64,000 nt of DNA from Utricularia gibba (lineage: Eukaryota; Plantae; Magnoliophyta), in the NCBI GenBank assembly GCA_002189035.1, contig NEEC01000018.1:1860001-1924000 (forward strand), in the 5' to 3' direction. The notes under the pieces were generated by a model that did no database searches, was not told the DNA's origin, and saw nothing but the letters and a program-made list of their open reading frames with translations. The translations under genes and the position numbers were made by a program. Below, piece by piece: positions 50,601 to 63,056 of the stretch; position 1 is the first letter of the stretch, and each line of letters opens with the position of its first letter.

Positions 50601-53600
50601 TGATAGGGAAATTGTGTTTTTTGAATGAAAGATGGAGACAGGGATCTTTGGGAGCGATCATGGCGTGCATGTGTGGATAGGCTTCAAGTTGGAAAATTGA
50701 AGGGGAACATTGTCGAGGCGTTTTCACCTGCGGGGCTAGGTATTAATGCTAATAGTTAGTTTATGCTTTTTATAATTTAATCTACCCTGATAATTGTTTG
50801 GTACCGAAAACCTCAGATGCCAAAGCTCCTGATCATGTTCAAAGACAAGGTTTTTCTGAAGGTGAAGTTCTTTCCTCAGCTGCTGCTCACGCAAGAAAGA
50901 AAGGTGCTGCATCTCCTATTGTTAACCCAATGATACCTTTGTCGTCGCCCTTGTGGACCATGCCTACCGTGTCTGGTGATTCTCACCAGCCCATCAGCAT
51001 TGCAAAAGATGCTGTTGATCACCAGATTGTTTCATCTTTGAACCATTATCAAAGTCCACATGTGCGGAACTATGCTGCACATAGCGGTTGGTCAACACTG
51101 GCTCCCTTGCCCTGGCCCACACAAAGTTCTCCTTTTGATTTCAAGGCAAGCCATCCAGCATTTCCAATTCCCGCTCAATTAAAACCAAGCCCCATCACAG
51201 ATCCTTCCTTGCCTGCTGGTATTGGCTCACAGCATTTTTCCCCCATTCTTACTACAGCCCAACCTGGGGCGCCTATTGATTTGTTTCCTGGACCTTCTAC
51301 TGAACTGAAAAAGTTGAAAGTGTCAACAACTCGAAAGATGAAGAAATCTAATGATCATGAAGGTCCTCCACCAGTCTCTGGTAGCACTTCTTTTGTGGAT
51401 GCCAGCCCTACCTCCATAGCAGGTAATTATTCGTCAAAGACTGGCTGTAGGATTGAGGATTCTGGGAAAATTGCTATGATTCCTCATAGTCGGGGTGACC
51501 CAACGTCTGTCACCGGGAGTCATCATTCTGCTTCTGTTACTGATGCGACTCCTAACACGTACCTGCCAAAAGGCTCAACCAACCCATTTTCCTCTTTGAA
51601 CCCGCCATCAGTCTCTGGTGATACCCTGAAGAGAGTTGACTTGGCTGTACACAGTAGATCAGTAAATGTTGAGGGTTTCAAAAAGGCTGAGGAGGCTACG
51701 CGACAAGCTCAACAGGCAGAGGGCAGTGCTGCTTCTGCTGTAGCATACTGTGAGAGTGTATGGAGTCAGCTGGGTCTGCAAAGCACTTCGCACTTGGACT
51801 TAGATATAGATTCCAGGTTAGCACAGGCGGCTGCTGCATTAGCTGCTGCTGCTTCAGTTGCCAAGGCAGCTGCTGCAGCTGCTAAGATTGCGGAAAATAT
51901 AGCAGCACATGAAAAGCAAATGTTTGAAGAAGCAATAATCATATCTCAAACTGCTGAAGCCACAGCGCATGATGCAAGTTTGACTAATGTATCACATGCA
52001 TCTCTTTTTAATGATCTGAATCTCTCTACTTCGGGTATTGGTGCTACCAGAGAGGCTGCAAGAAAAAGAATGGAGGCTGCTTCCGCTGCCACGAGACATC
52101 CAGAAAATCTTGATGCTATTGTGAGAGCTGCAGAATTGGCTGCTGAGGCTGTTTCACATGCAGGAAAAATTGTGGCAATGACAAATACGTTGTCTTCAAG
52201 AAAACTGGTGGAAGCTGGGCCCGATAATTACTGGAAGGACCCGCAGCTGGACTCTCGTCCTGTGTTTCAACCAAATGACAAGGGCCAGGATCTTTTTATT
52301 CATGAAGGCAGTGGAGTGGCTTCTGATGTGTATAGAAGTCAACAAGAGGGACCTGGTAAGAACGCCAGGAAGTGAACTACCAATGCACGTGTTGATCATC
52401 ATGTTTAGGCATATTAATTTCCTCAAGCAATGAACATGTTTGTAGGGCAGGTAAAGTAGCTGTTTTCGACTCTGATGAGGTTTTTTTATTCTGTCAGATG
52501 AACTTGGAGCATCAGGGATAAAGGAGGGCTCACGTGTTGAGGTTGGTTGAGTTGCCTAGCCTGAAATAATGCCTAATTTCTTGTGTTATGGTACACGCTT
52601 AACCACATTTTATTTTGTCCTTGCATTCAGGTTTTTAGGGATTCTGGTGATTCAAAGAAGGCCTGGTTCTCTGCCACTGTTCTGGGCTTCAGGGAGGGTG
52701 AAGTCCTTGTTTGCTACACTGACGTACTGTCTGGAGAAGGTATCCCAGTTTCTTAAATGCACCCACCCTGCATGCTATAATCATGGACAGATTATCTTGA
52801 TAATTATGGGCTTCTGAACGATATAAACACGTAATTCCCGGCTCCAGTTAACTAAACTAACAGTGCATTGTGGGAAAAGGACTTAATGTGGTCATCCTTT
52901 CTGACGTATTTGGTCAAATGGACACTGCTGCATTATGAGACATGATGAGGAAACACATGCCAACAAAGCACTGAATCCATTTTCACTAGTTTTCGATGCT
53001 ATCTTAATAGGTTCCGAGCAGATGAAGGAATGGGTATCCATGTTTGCCAAAGACAATGCTGCACCGCGTGTACGTGCCCCTCATCCACTCTCCGGTGTTC
53101 CTCATGAAAGAGCAAAGAAGAGGCCAAGAGATGCTCTCAAGGATTGCCATTGGTCCCTGGGAGATAAAGTCGATGCATGGATTAAAAATTGGTAAGAAAA
53201 TGTGAATAACCTCGCCCTCCCAAACCCTACTTCATATGATGGTTTTATCAATTAGTCATCCAAGAGCTGATATCTTAATGTTATGTGAATGCTGAGGTGA
53301 ACAATTCGTAGTACATCTCTCTGTTTATTCATTTAGAAAGTGATAAGTATTTCTTTTGCCTTTCAGCTGGTGCGAAGGCATCGTTGTGGAGAATAAAAAG
53401 GATGATGAATCCACACTGCGAGTCAAGTTTTCAGGTATACTTCAAAATTCTCCTGCACTGCATTTTGACATGATCATTTCAAAGCTCAGAATGCCGGTTG
53501 TATTATTTACAGACCAAGAAGAGACTGCATTAGTTAAAGTGTGGCACTTGCGGCCGACGTTATATTGGAACGGCGTTCGATGGGTCGAAGTTCCAAAATC

Positions 53601-54778
53601 AGGGAGCAGTAATAACAGTTGCAAGGTTATCTTGTCATGTTCTTTATCTATCTGATTCTTGGTTTACTTCATTCACTCTCCTGACTTCCCCTTTTTTGCA
53701 GGGAGACACCCCGGCTCAGAAGAGACCGAAGATTGCAAGTACTGTTAGTGAACTCAAAAAGGGTAAGCTGGTCGAGGGATCCGATCCTGCAGGGGCACAA
53801 AGAACTCAAGGTCCATCCTTGCCTTCATCTGCTCAAGAGCAAAAAATTTGCGAGGTAGATGGGAATAGGTCGAAACCCTTTCGAGGAATGAGGTTCGGTT
53901 TAGAGAAGGAAAGATCAAGAGTCATCTTTGGTGTCCCCAAGCCCGGGAAGAAGAGAAAGTTCATGGAAGTGAGCAAGCATTATGTCTCTGAACCAAGAGT
54001 GGCGTCTAACCCTTCCAGTGGCTCAGTTGGGTTGACGAGGTTCTTGAAACCTCACGGGCAGAGTTCGCAAACCGCCAAAACTGGTTTAAAAGTGGAGGTG
54101 AAGGAGACACAAGCTTTTGATACCAAAGCAAGGTCCGCCAGATCTGCTGTAGCTAGAAGTAATCCTCGTAGAGCCTTGCCCAGGAAGGATGATTCAACGT
54201 CTTCGAAACCTGATGAAGAGGATTCAGTAAGTGGTACCGGGAGTGAACTGGGAGACCGGAACTCTGCTGAGCATGAGACCATCTCTAACCAGGAAGAGGA
54301 TTCAGGAGATGCAGTGACGAAAGCCGTGCCGCATGTGAAGCATAAAAAGGTTCCACCAAGGCATGGTGTCCCCGAGCAGCGCCGCCCAGCTCGACGAAAC
54401 ATTCCAGTTCCTAGTGGAAGGCCAGAGAAGGAAGAGTCTAATGATACTCAGATTTCAGATGGGGCTGAGCCCCGCCGATCAGTTCGTCGAATCCAACCGA
54501 CGTCAAGGGTAATGCTTCTTTCCATTGTCTCCATTCCTACTAGAGGTTTTGGTCTCACCATGTTTCAAAGTGATAATTGCGTGACACCATTCAGCTACTG
54601 GAAGGGTTGCAAACTTCTTTGATACTCTCGAAATTGCCGCCTCCCTCGCACAACAAAGGGCCGGGTAAAGCTCCAACGGCGAGAGGTAGTAAGCCATGTT
54701 TAGTCAGAATGGGGTGGATTCAAAAGCAGGTGGTAACTGTGGTTTGTTTTACCAGGAAACAATGGCCGTGGAGGGTGA
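47623..54778 (+). CDS. SWO1: Agenet/Tudor-like domain protein, G2484-1 / SWOLLEN1-like
   Basis: MDYDDNDF...LPKFDFD...HLRFDSL, NVWSEATSSESVEMLLKAV, FTDLQQVQLRAQIIVYGSL, AAKIAE, AIVRAAELAAEAVSHAGKIVAM, two Agenet-like repeats, FGVPKPGKKRKFMEVSKHY and EPRRSVRRIQPTSRLLEGLQTSL. The last exon GNNGRGG* is 54756-54778. Confidence 0.88.
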
Positions 54779-55128
54779 AGGTGGAAGGAGACTCCAATGG
54801 ATGAGAACGGAAATGGGGATTTGCTGCTATATCCGGCCATGTCAAAGACAGACGTAATTAGAAGGTGCAATGGAGTTGCAGCTGACCTCTTTTGTGCACA
54901 TGCACTGGATCTCCCTCAGGTTTTTCTCTTCGCCCATTTTCACGACTTTGCACACCAACGGAACCCAATAGAGACCAGCACGCGCTGGTTGTTACGATCT
55001 GGATCAAGAGCCATGAAACATGTACCTCAACACGATCATTGCTTCTTGTGGGTAGTCAGATATGTCGACAGCTGCTGCATTCATAAAAACTGTCTGGTGA
55101 GGTAAGAGTACTTACCAGGAGTGCTGTG

Positions 55129-58100
55129 CTACATTTCTCCACTGATATAGCATTGCTTTAGATTCTCTAACGCCAGTCTAATAGAGTCCTCATCTTGGTT
55201 AGAATATTTCAGGCATGTTAGTCTCTGGGCGACACGGTATGCCGTCTGAACGTCGCGATACTGCTCGAAATTTGCATGCACTCTCTCCACCCCCTGTGCG
55301 ATCACCGCCATGTGAAGGAAGATATAAGCGATTATAGTTGCGAATCAATCGAGCACGAACCGGAGATCGGAACCGAAGATTTTAAAAGCAAAGATCTAAT
55401 TGTTTGGAGGATGGATGGATACCTTCTGTGTCATCTTGGATATGATGGTTGAAGCAGAATCAAGTACTGAGGTTGGCAACGCAGCCATTTCTGCTAGCAT
55501 TAGACCATAATGTGCTACATGGCGAGGTCCATCCTTCAGCAGGAACTGAGGAAAGGCAAATGGAGTAAGCAGATGGGATGCATTGAACAAAACCCTATCT
55601 CTCCTGGCATCTTCTTACCTTGAAATCCATGGACCTGTTTTTTATTTCGACATCAAAGTGAACGATTTTGACGTTCGGATAAATGGTGGCCAGTTCTGAT
55701 AACCGTTCCATGTGAGCCGCGAATACTGTGTACCTGGAAACAGGATGCATGCATTCACTTGAAGGAATTCCCACCCATTCTACTCCACAAAATAGTTGAA
55801 ATGAAGAGAACGAAAATTACGATCTTAAACCCAGTAAGTGCTCGCAGCAGCTCCATGCAATTGCAAATCCATCGGATGAAGATGTTGCTCTCCCCAGTTC
55901 ATCAATAACGATCAGACTACTGCATTCCATGCACAAGTTTTTTCTGAGGAAAGAAATCGTAGCATGAAAGTAGCAATATCATAACTAACCGATCTGTTGC
56001 ATTTTGTAGGATAAATGCAGTTTCCTTCATCTCCGTCATAAACTGCAAAACAAACGGCGTATCTTAGAATGATACTGATACTCTACGACATGGATGGTAT
56101 TTATGCTCAGCTGCTGTTTTACGGAATATCAGTTCAATGGCTGGAGAAAGTTACCGTGCTAGAATTTGACTCTACGCTGTCCACCGATCCCATTCTAGTA
56201 AAAAGGCGATCTACTACTCGCACTGTCGCAAAGCGTGCAGGGACATAACAACCAATTTGAGCCAGAATGACTACTAAGCAAATTTGCTGAAGATAAGTAC
56301 TCTTTCCACTCCTGCAGGTAAACACAAACAGGATGCATCTAATTAATAAAAAGACGGTTCTAATTCTGTTTGGTTCACAACCAGCCTGCTCAAGTGTCAA
56401 AGTGTCACAAGAGAGTACACAATAGGAAAATGGTCCATCAATACATAAGCAGAGAAGAGCGGCCAGAGGAAGTAAAAGGATGGGATCATCTTACATGTTT
56501 GGTCCGGTGACAACCAACATGTTTGATGCTTCAGAAAGAAAGATATTGTTGGCCTGAAAAAAGAAAGGTAACCCATCATACCATATAATTTATTTGAAAG
56601 AAACGAAAAATTCACATACAACAAAGTCGCTGTGTATAGTCTCCATGATGGGGTGCCTTCCTGAATCAATTGCAAGTGGACCGTCATCTACAGAAAAGCA
56701 GTGTCCATTCGTTGTGAGCATACCACGGCAACAATTGAACATACATTTTAGAGCAGCAATAAAGATATGTACGGTTTTTCGGAAGATAAAATAAACATGT
56801 AAAAACTTACCTGTGAACTGTGGTCTAGTATATTTTTCAACAGGTTTTGTGCAGATAGTCTGAGCAAATGAATTCACTATCATATCTAGAAGACATAGAA
56901 CCTCGGCAAGAAGAGTGAGTGCAGAAACATCTTCCCGTATCGCAGTCATTAACTCTGTATGTTAACAAAACAGAATGATATTTGCTTCAAAATAAATATA
57001 TTTTTTCTCAGTAATTGCTTTGCAACTCTCTAGTCCAGAGGAAAAGAATATTAGTCTAACACACTTACAACTTGGATAACACCAACGTGATTCGAGCAAA
57101 AAACATAAAAAACTGTTCAGGCACCTACTATCAATATTTTACAAAGGTATGAAAACCCTCGATGCAACAGTCATATAGAATACCCTCGAAGAATATGCAA
57201 GAAACTCATATAATTAGAAGTGCAATTTTATGGAGGAGCCAAGTGACAGAGTAGGATTATGCTCATATTAGTTGAGAATATAACGCATTAACAAGGACTC
57301 AACACATCATTGAAATTTAAACTTGCCTTCCAGACACAACTCTGTACGGTTGAAGCATTCTTTTGCTGCCGATTTGTTCCTTACGTTCAACTGGTAAGTT
57401 GAAGAGAAAAAAAAAAAAGTAATAGATGGCACACACGTGAAAACTGAATGAAAAGCAGCCTCCAAGTATCAGCAATGTATACCAATAATCATGAAACGTC
57501 TCCCAGATATCAGGAAACTCAAAGAAATATATCAGATGCTCTTACATGGACAAAACAAGCCAAAGCAACAGGGCTACTCACAGAGATCAGTTCTGGAGAT
57601 GAGCAATGTATGTTGTTCCCATGTTTTATCACCTGATAATATTCATAAGATGTTGAAATTTTCGAGCATATGATTCCCAGGACATAAATGTCTGTTGAAA
57701 ATGAATGAACTATTTGGGTAACCTGGACGAACTTGCTAGGGAGTTTCCCCTGTATGTCTTTCTGCGGTATGCTAAAGTAAAAGCCTTGCCTATTATTATA
57801 TGGGATTCTCAAGTTTGGCAGCACAAAATCCTTTCTGTACTTGTTTGCCAATTCATGTATTGCTGCAAATATCTTGAATTAAAAGGTAATATATTCAGTC
57901 ACAATCCTATAACCATCATTCAGATCAACCTTCACTTGTATCACAGAATGATCTCCGAGCAATATCCAGAAGTCCATCTATCCCTGCCTTGATGGCAAAA
58001 CACTGTTGGGTTCGGGCAACGAAAGGAGCACGAGCATGAAGAACATCCTCATCAATCACCTCCAAAATCCTAGAAACACTGCTAGTTATCATTCCTTATC

Positions 58101-61100
58101 AAGTAACCCTGTAAAGAACCACAAAATTGGAAAGATTGATATAAACGGAGGTGCAGATCATACCTTTTTCGCAGCGAAGGATATTTTTCATTCTCACAAA
58201 TTGAATGGTAAACATTTCTCAGCAAAAAACACTTTGCATCTTTAAGTGCCTATAAGTAATTCATGTCAGAAATCCGCAACACACAGCTCATAGAAACACA
58301 TATAAAAAGATTTTATGCACCTTGGATACCAACGGTAGGGCATCTAGGGCGGTTTTGAGAACAATAATACTTGATATCAGGATTTGACTCGTCTTTGAGT
58401 TATCCGTGGTCAATATCCCACTGGTAACTTTCTTACGTTTAAAGCAGAAATGGCAAAGGACCTTATCTGCATCCAACGTGACCCCAATGAAGAATATTGT
58501 CACAATCAACTCTGACTAAGACAAAATTCTCATTTTGGCAACAGAATGATAATCATTGCACACGAAAAACAGCCCATGGTCTTTGCTTTACCAGTTTCCT
58601 TCGGAAATTTACGTAGAGCCTGGGACAAACCAAAAAACAGCTGCTCATTGCTCATCAGCTCATCCTTGCATTAAATCGAATCATGAGAGATTTGACAAAC
58701 TAGAACAAGCATGCCGCTAGGAAAACAGGTATTCAGGGTATGAAGACTACTGTAAGAGAAATAAGGATATGATGCTTTGACCCTAGGAAAATGCCATAAT
58801 GCCATAGTGACTACCATTCAGGTAATGTTCAAGAATGCCGTATCAGGTCTTACTTTTGCTACAATAATAATCTGAAATTCGCCCATTTCCCGTACTAGCA
58901 AGAGTGGCTAAAAAGATAACATTTTACCAGGCAATCAAGGCGGGCATCAATTGTTTTTATATCTTTAAGAGGCTGCAAAAGGTTTGCACGTAAAAGCCTG
59001 GTCCTACAGGGAGACCTTAATGTGAGATTACTTGAAACCGAGAGGAATGCATCTTCTGCAGATTTTTCATAGAATGAGAAGTAGCAGGATGCACTGTGAC
59101 AGTTTTTTTGAATAGAAGGAAGGATTTATTTCTAGATGATCAATCTCCTTGAAATTCAAGACTTCGAACGTACAGCATCATACTAAAGTAAACAAATGAA
59201 CATTCTGACCTCATAAAATCACAAAGATAGCACACGATACAGTGAAACAAAGGAAATTTATAAGCATACCCTCCAACTGTCCTTGTTGATTTCAGCATAT
59301 GAAACAGACTTCTTTTCTTGTTGGTAGTTCCCAAAGACTGCAGTGCATTGGTTCAATAATCTCCAAATTCTTTATGCTGTGATACACAAAACAATGCATG
59401 TCTACAGACGATAAATTAAAAAGAAAACACAAAAAGAACAAAACCAAAAGTCATCAATCGAAAACCCAGGTAGAAGTCGAGATGAGTAGAATAGGATTTC
59501 GTGCAGAACCATACCTAGTGGCATCAATATTCATGTGATCAAATGATCCATTGAAAGTCACCTGAAGTGCGAAAATATAGATTTTGCAGAAGACAGTGGA
59601 TATAACGGAAGCATGACTTAGTGTTTCAATGATTACACAACAAAAAGATAGAAGGAAGACCAAAATGATTGAGACTAACCGGAAACCACATACAGGGAAA
59701 TCATGATAACAGAATGAAGTGAAATATAAACTTAACAGATAGAGCTGATACCATATTTCAAAACATTCAAACTGAACAAGTGGTAATCATAGTTTCAGAA
59801 GGGAATGTCATAATGTCCATGACGACAAATGATTATTTATCTAAACAGCAGATTTCAGCACTTAGATATTCTTCCACCTGTTTTTCAAAAAACAATTCAA
59901 AAAATGTACTTCTCTTGTTGAGTTCTCACTGCCAGAGGAGAGCCAAATGCATTACTAGGAGCTAATAAACATACCGACAGTGAGTGGTTAGTGATGATCA
60001 CCCCTTTCTCTGCTTCTATCCTGTTAAGAACACTCTGTAGTTACTTCAACCACTATACGTGAATAGTATGACACCGTAACTTTAAAACTGGACCTAAAGC
60101 CTTCATTCTGAAACAAGATAGCTATCATTACAATAACGGCATCCAAAAAGTAATAAAAGAACCCTCATGATTGACAATCCTGAGTATGTACACCCAAGAA
60201 ATACCATTTGAGGGTTGCTGCAGCAGCCGCCAAACAAAGATAGTATTGCTTGTAATATGTATCGAGTCCAAGGGCAGACGGCTCTTTAGCTGCCAAGTTC
60301 TTTACCAAAATAGCACCCTAGTGCCACAGAAACCAAGAATGAAAGTAAAAAAGCCAATTGCAAGCTAAGGATGGCAATATTACAAAGCTACCATGGTGTC
60401 ATCAAAGCAGCCACGAGCCATTGTAACCTGTTTCCAAGGAAAGAGCCATATTACAAACAAAAAAAGGCAAAACATTTTCAAAGCATCATAAACGTTACTT
60501 TTGTGTTCGAAGAAAAAAATCTATCAACCAGCTCAGAGACTCCAACCATGCCATCAGGAGCCAACTTAGTAGGGCTAACAATAATAGTCATAGGATCATA
60601 AAAAACTAGCAAAGTCTTTGTGTTCTGATAAGAACTGCTAGTCTCGATGTACTGAGAAAGGTGCAAAGATGCCGATCTCAAGTCAAATGCAGCTACCCCA
60701 ACCTGAAAATGAGGTAGCAAAATACTTTCCGAATTATCAAATCTTTTCACAGGCTAACGTAATGGAAGTTTCCGCAAATTCTTATTTTCCTTGAAAAATT
60801 GTTACTCGTTCCAAAATGCAAATAAACGAGCTCTTCGAAAAACGAGGATTTAAGACAAACCACGCGAACAAGTTTCACATAACGTCTTACATCATGTAAC
60901 CAGGATCATCGAGTAACATTAGTAAGGCCAAAAAAGCAATGCAGTCACAACGTCCAGCACATCAGATGCACAGCGATCGGAATCCACAGACGGCATGATT
61001 CGGCGCGACAAGCAATGAGAAGAGAAAGTGAAACCTCTTTCGCGCGATTCTCTATCATGCCGATGACAAAGCTTGATTTCTCCCCTGTATCGTCCTCCAT
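55129..61100 (-). CDS. MSH4: Meiotic MutS homolog 4; one apparent -1 frameshift at 59330-59332
   Basis: [71 protein letters not shown] (Walker A), [13 protein letters not shown] (Walker B), [10 protein letters not shown] and YRVAQRL. All exons are present in order. Confidence 0.93.
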
Positions 61101-61352
61101 TGCGAGTCTCCTCCGCCAACCTTCGATCGCTAGAAAAGCGCGCCAAATTCACAGTAAAAAGATCTATGTTGATGGAACAGAAAGCTCACGTCTCATTTTA
61201 AATACTGATTTTAACGAAATGATTCGTCAAACTCAATGTTCACTTTGAATGATATTAAAAAAATAAAATTAAATGCAAAAAGAAACAAAGATGATCAATC
61301 CCCAATCGATCAGTAAGAACGAAGGGCATATTCCAAGAACAAATCAGTCAAT

Positions 61353-62518
61353 CTATAATCGACGCAGCCATTGTTGCAGGCGAAGCTGCTTTAGTGGAGG
61401 ACCCAACTCTGGCTTTCTCTTCCTTGGGCAGTACCATTTCCCATCATTTCGGTTGATGATAGGTATCGCAGGCAAATTCAAGTTAGAAGCATCTGATAAC
61501 AGTTTCCTGCTTCTGCTACCCTTGTTTCCATAATCAAAACCATGTTTCAGTTGGCTTGCATCGGATTCAGAATGGACTGTAATGCTGATGCGCCCATGTT
61601 TCTCCTTTCTTGTTGAACTGAAACCACTCTCGGATAACTCGGGTTCCCTGTTTTCTTTTCCGGTGCTCCTATCAAAGTTCCTATTGCAGGCGTCTCCATT
61701 AGACACAGTCAGAGGTAAAGTATCAGGTACCTTTGGCAGTAGATCTTGGGTTTGATCCTTCACCGTGACTGAATTCAACTCGTTATTGTCGCGATTGATG
61801 TCAACGTGTTCACGGTTATGAGCAGAGGTCTGAGTAATCAAGGATGTGGGTGCGCAGGACTTCGCCTTTGGTTCGGATACCTTGTCATTCTGCAATTTGT
61901 AACATTGAGGACAACAGCTTAATGTAGAACTAGTTTGAAAACAAATCCTAAGCTAGAAAATGAAGCAGTTGGACCTGAAAAGTGTTATTATAATGAAGTT
62001 CCATTACCAGGTTAGATCTTTCAAGGTCATATGCATCCAGAATACCATCTGCTGAATCTAGAACTGGGGATTCATAGGCGTAGGTTTCGAACCATTTTCC
62101 GATATCATCTGGTTCTTCTACATGGGCAGATCCATTATGTGCAAATTCATCTTGAATACCATCAGCCGAGTCCAAAACAGGAGATTCGTATTCGTAGCTC
62201 TCGAACCATTTACCAATGTCGTCTGGCTCTATTTAACAATGAAAAAACTCATGTAGTCACACAAGCGAGTCCTTTGGGAAGCCAAAGCAGTCTCAGCGAC
62301 ATTTCGCCAAACCCTTTCAACACACGCCTAAATTCAAAATCCGGTATGTATACCTGAAGGTAACGATTCCGAATCGAGAGCATCCAGGTCCTTCACGGGG
62401 AAGGAAAAAAAAAAGGAAGCTTAGCGCAGTGAAACAAAAAATTACAGAAACAAAAAAACAAATACGAATCCGTTTTTCATCTTTTTACCTGAGAATCGGC
62501 ATCATCAGTATCAGGCAT
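61353..62518 (-). CDS. Uncharacterised acidic, probably disordered protein, 274 aa, with a duplicated EPDDIGKWF-x-YxYESPVLDS module and a basic/aromatic C-terminal motif
   Basis: Exons 62518-62489, 62390-62354, 62228-62008 and 61889-61353 join in phase with canonical GT-AG sites. The protein ends WYCPRKRKPELGPPLKQLRLQQWLRRL*. Confidence 0.8.
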
Positions 62519-63056
62519 GACCACCAATCTCCTCCGTCTTGATGAGAAATTCAGAGAGAAGCAACGCTTGTGTGTGGCGCGGTAGATGATGAAGCTTCAA
62601 ACATCCCCTACCTGCCATCTCGCGCGCGTCAAGAAAACGAAAAACTTTCGAAAATCCCTCATTCCGCACCCCAAAGATAAAATTTTATTGCATTTGATAA
62701 ATATATTTAAAATAAATATAATAATTAATAATTATGTGATTGAAAAAACGTGTATGATAAAAAAGTTTTGTTAAATATAATTAATTATATTAAAAAACAT
62801 TCTCAAAACATGCGTATTTGAAATCGTATGCAACATTATTAAAATATATTGATATTAAATAGATATAATGTATAATTATTTATTATTAATTTAACATGAT
62901 CTACACATTATGATTTCATGCCCATGACCCCCCCCCCCCCCCTCTCTATGTATGTCATCGCTGATCACTTGTCTTGTCCATCTGAGAAAGAGCAACTCAG
63001 CCTGTTCAGTTCGCTATGAAGGATGGAATCTAAACTTCATGATAAACGAGCTGATC

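Noticed and set aside
58990-59005. GGACCAGGCTT on the minus strand, resembling miR166
   Set aside because: It is MSH4 coding sequence (GTRLL) and forms no hairpin.
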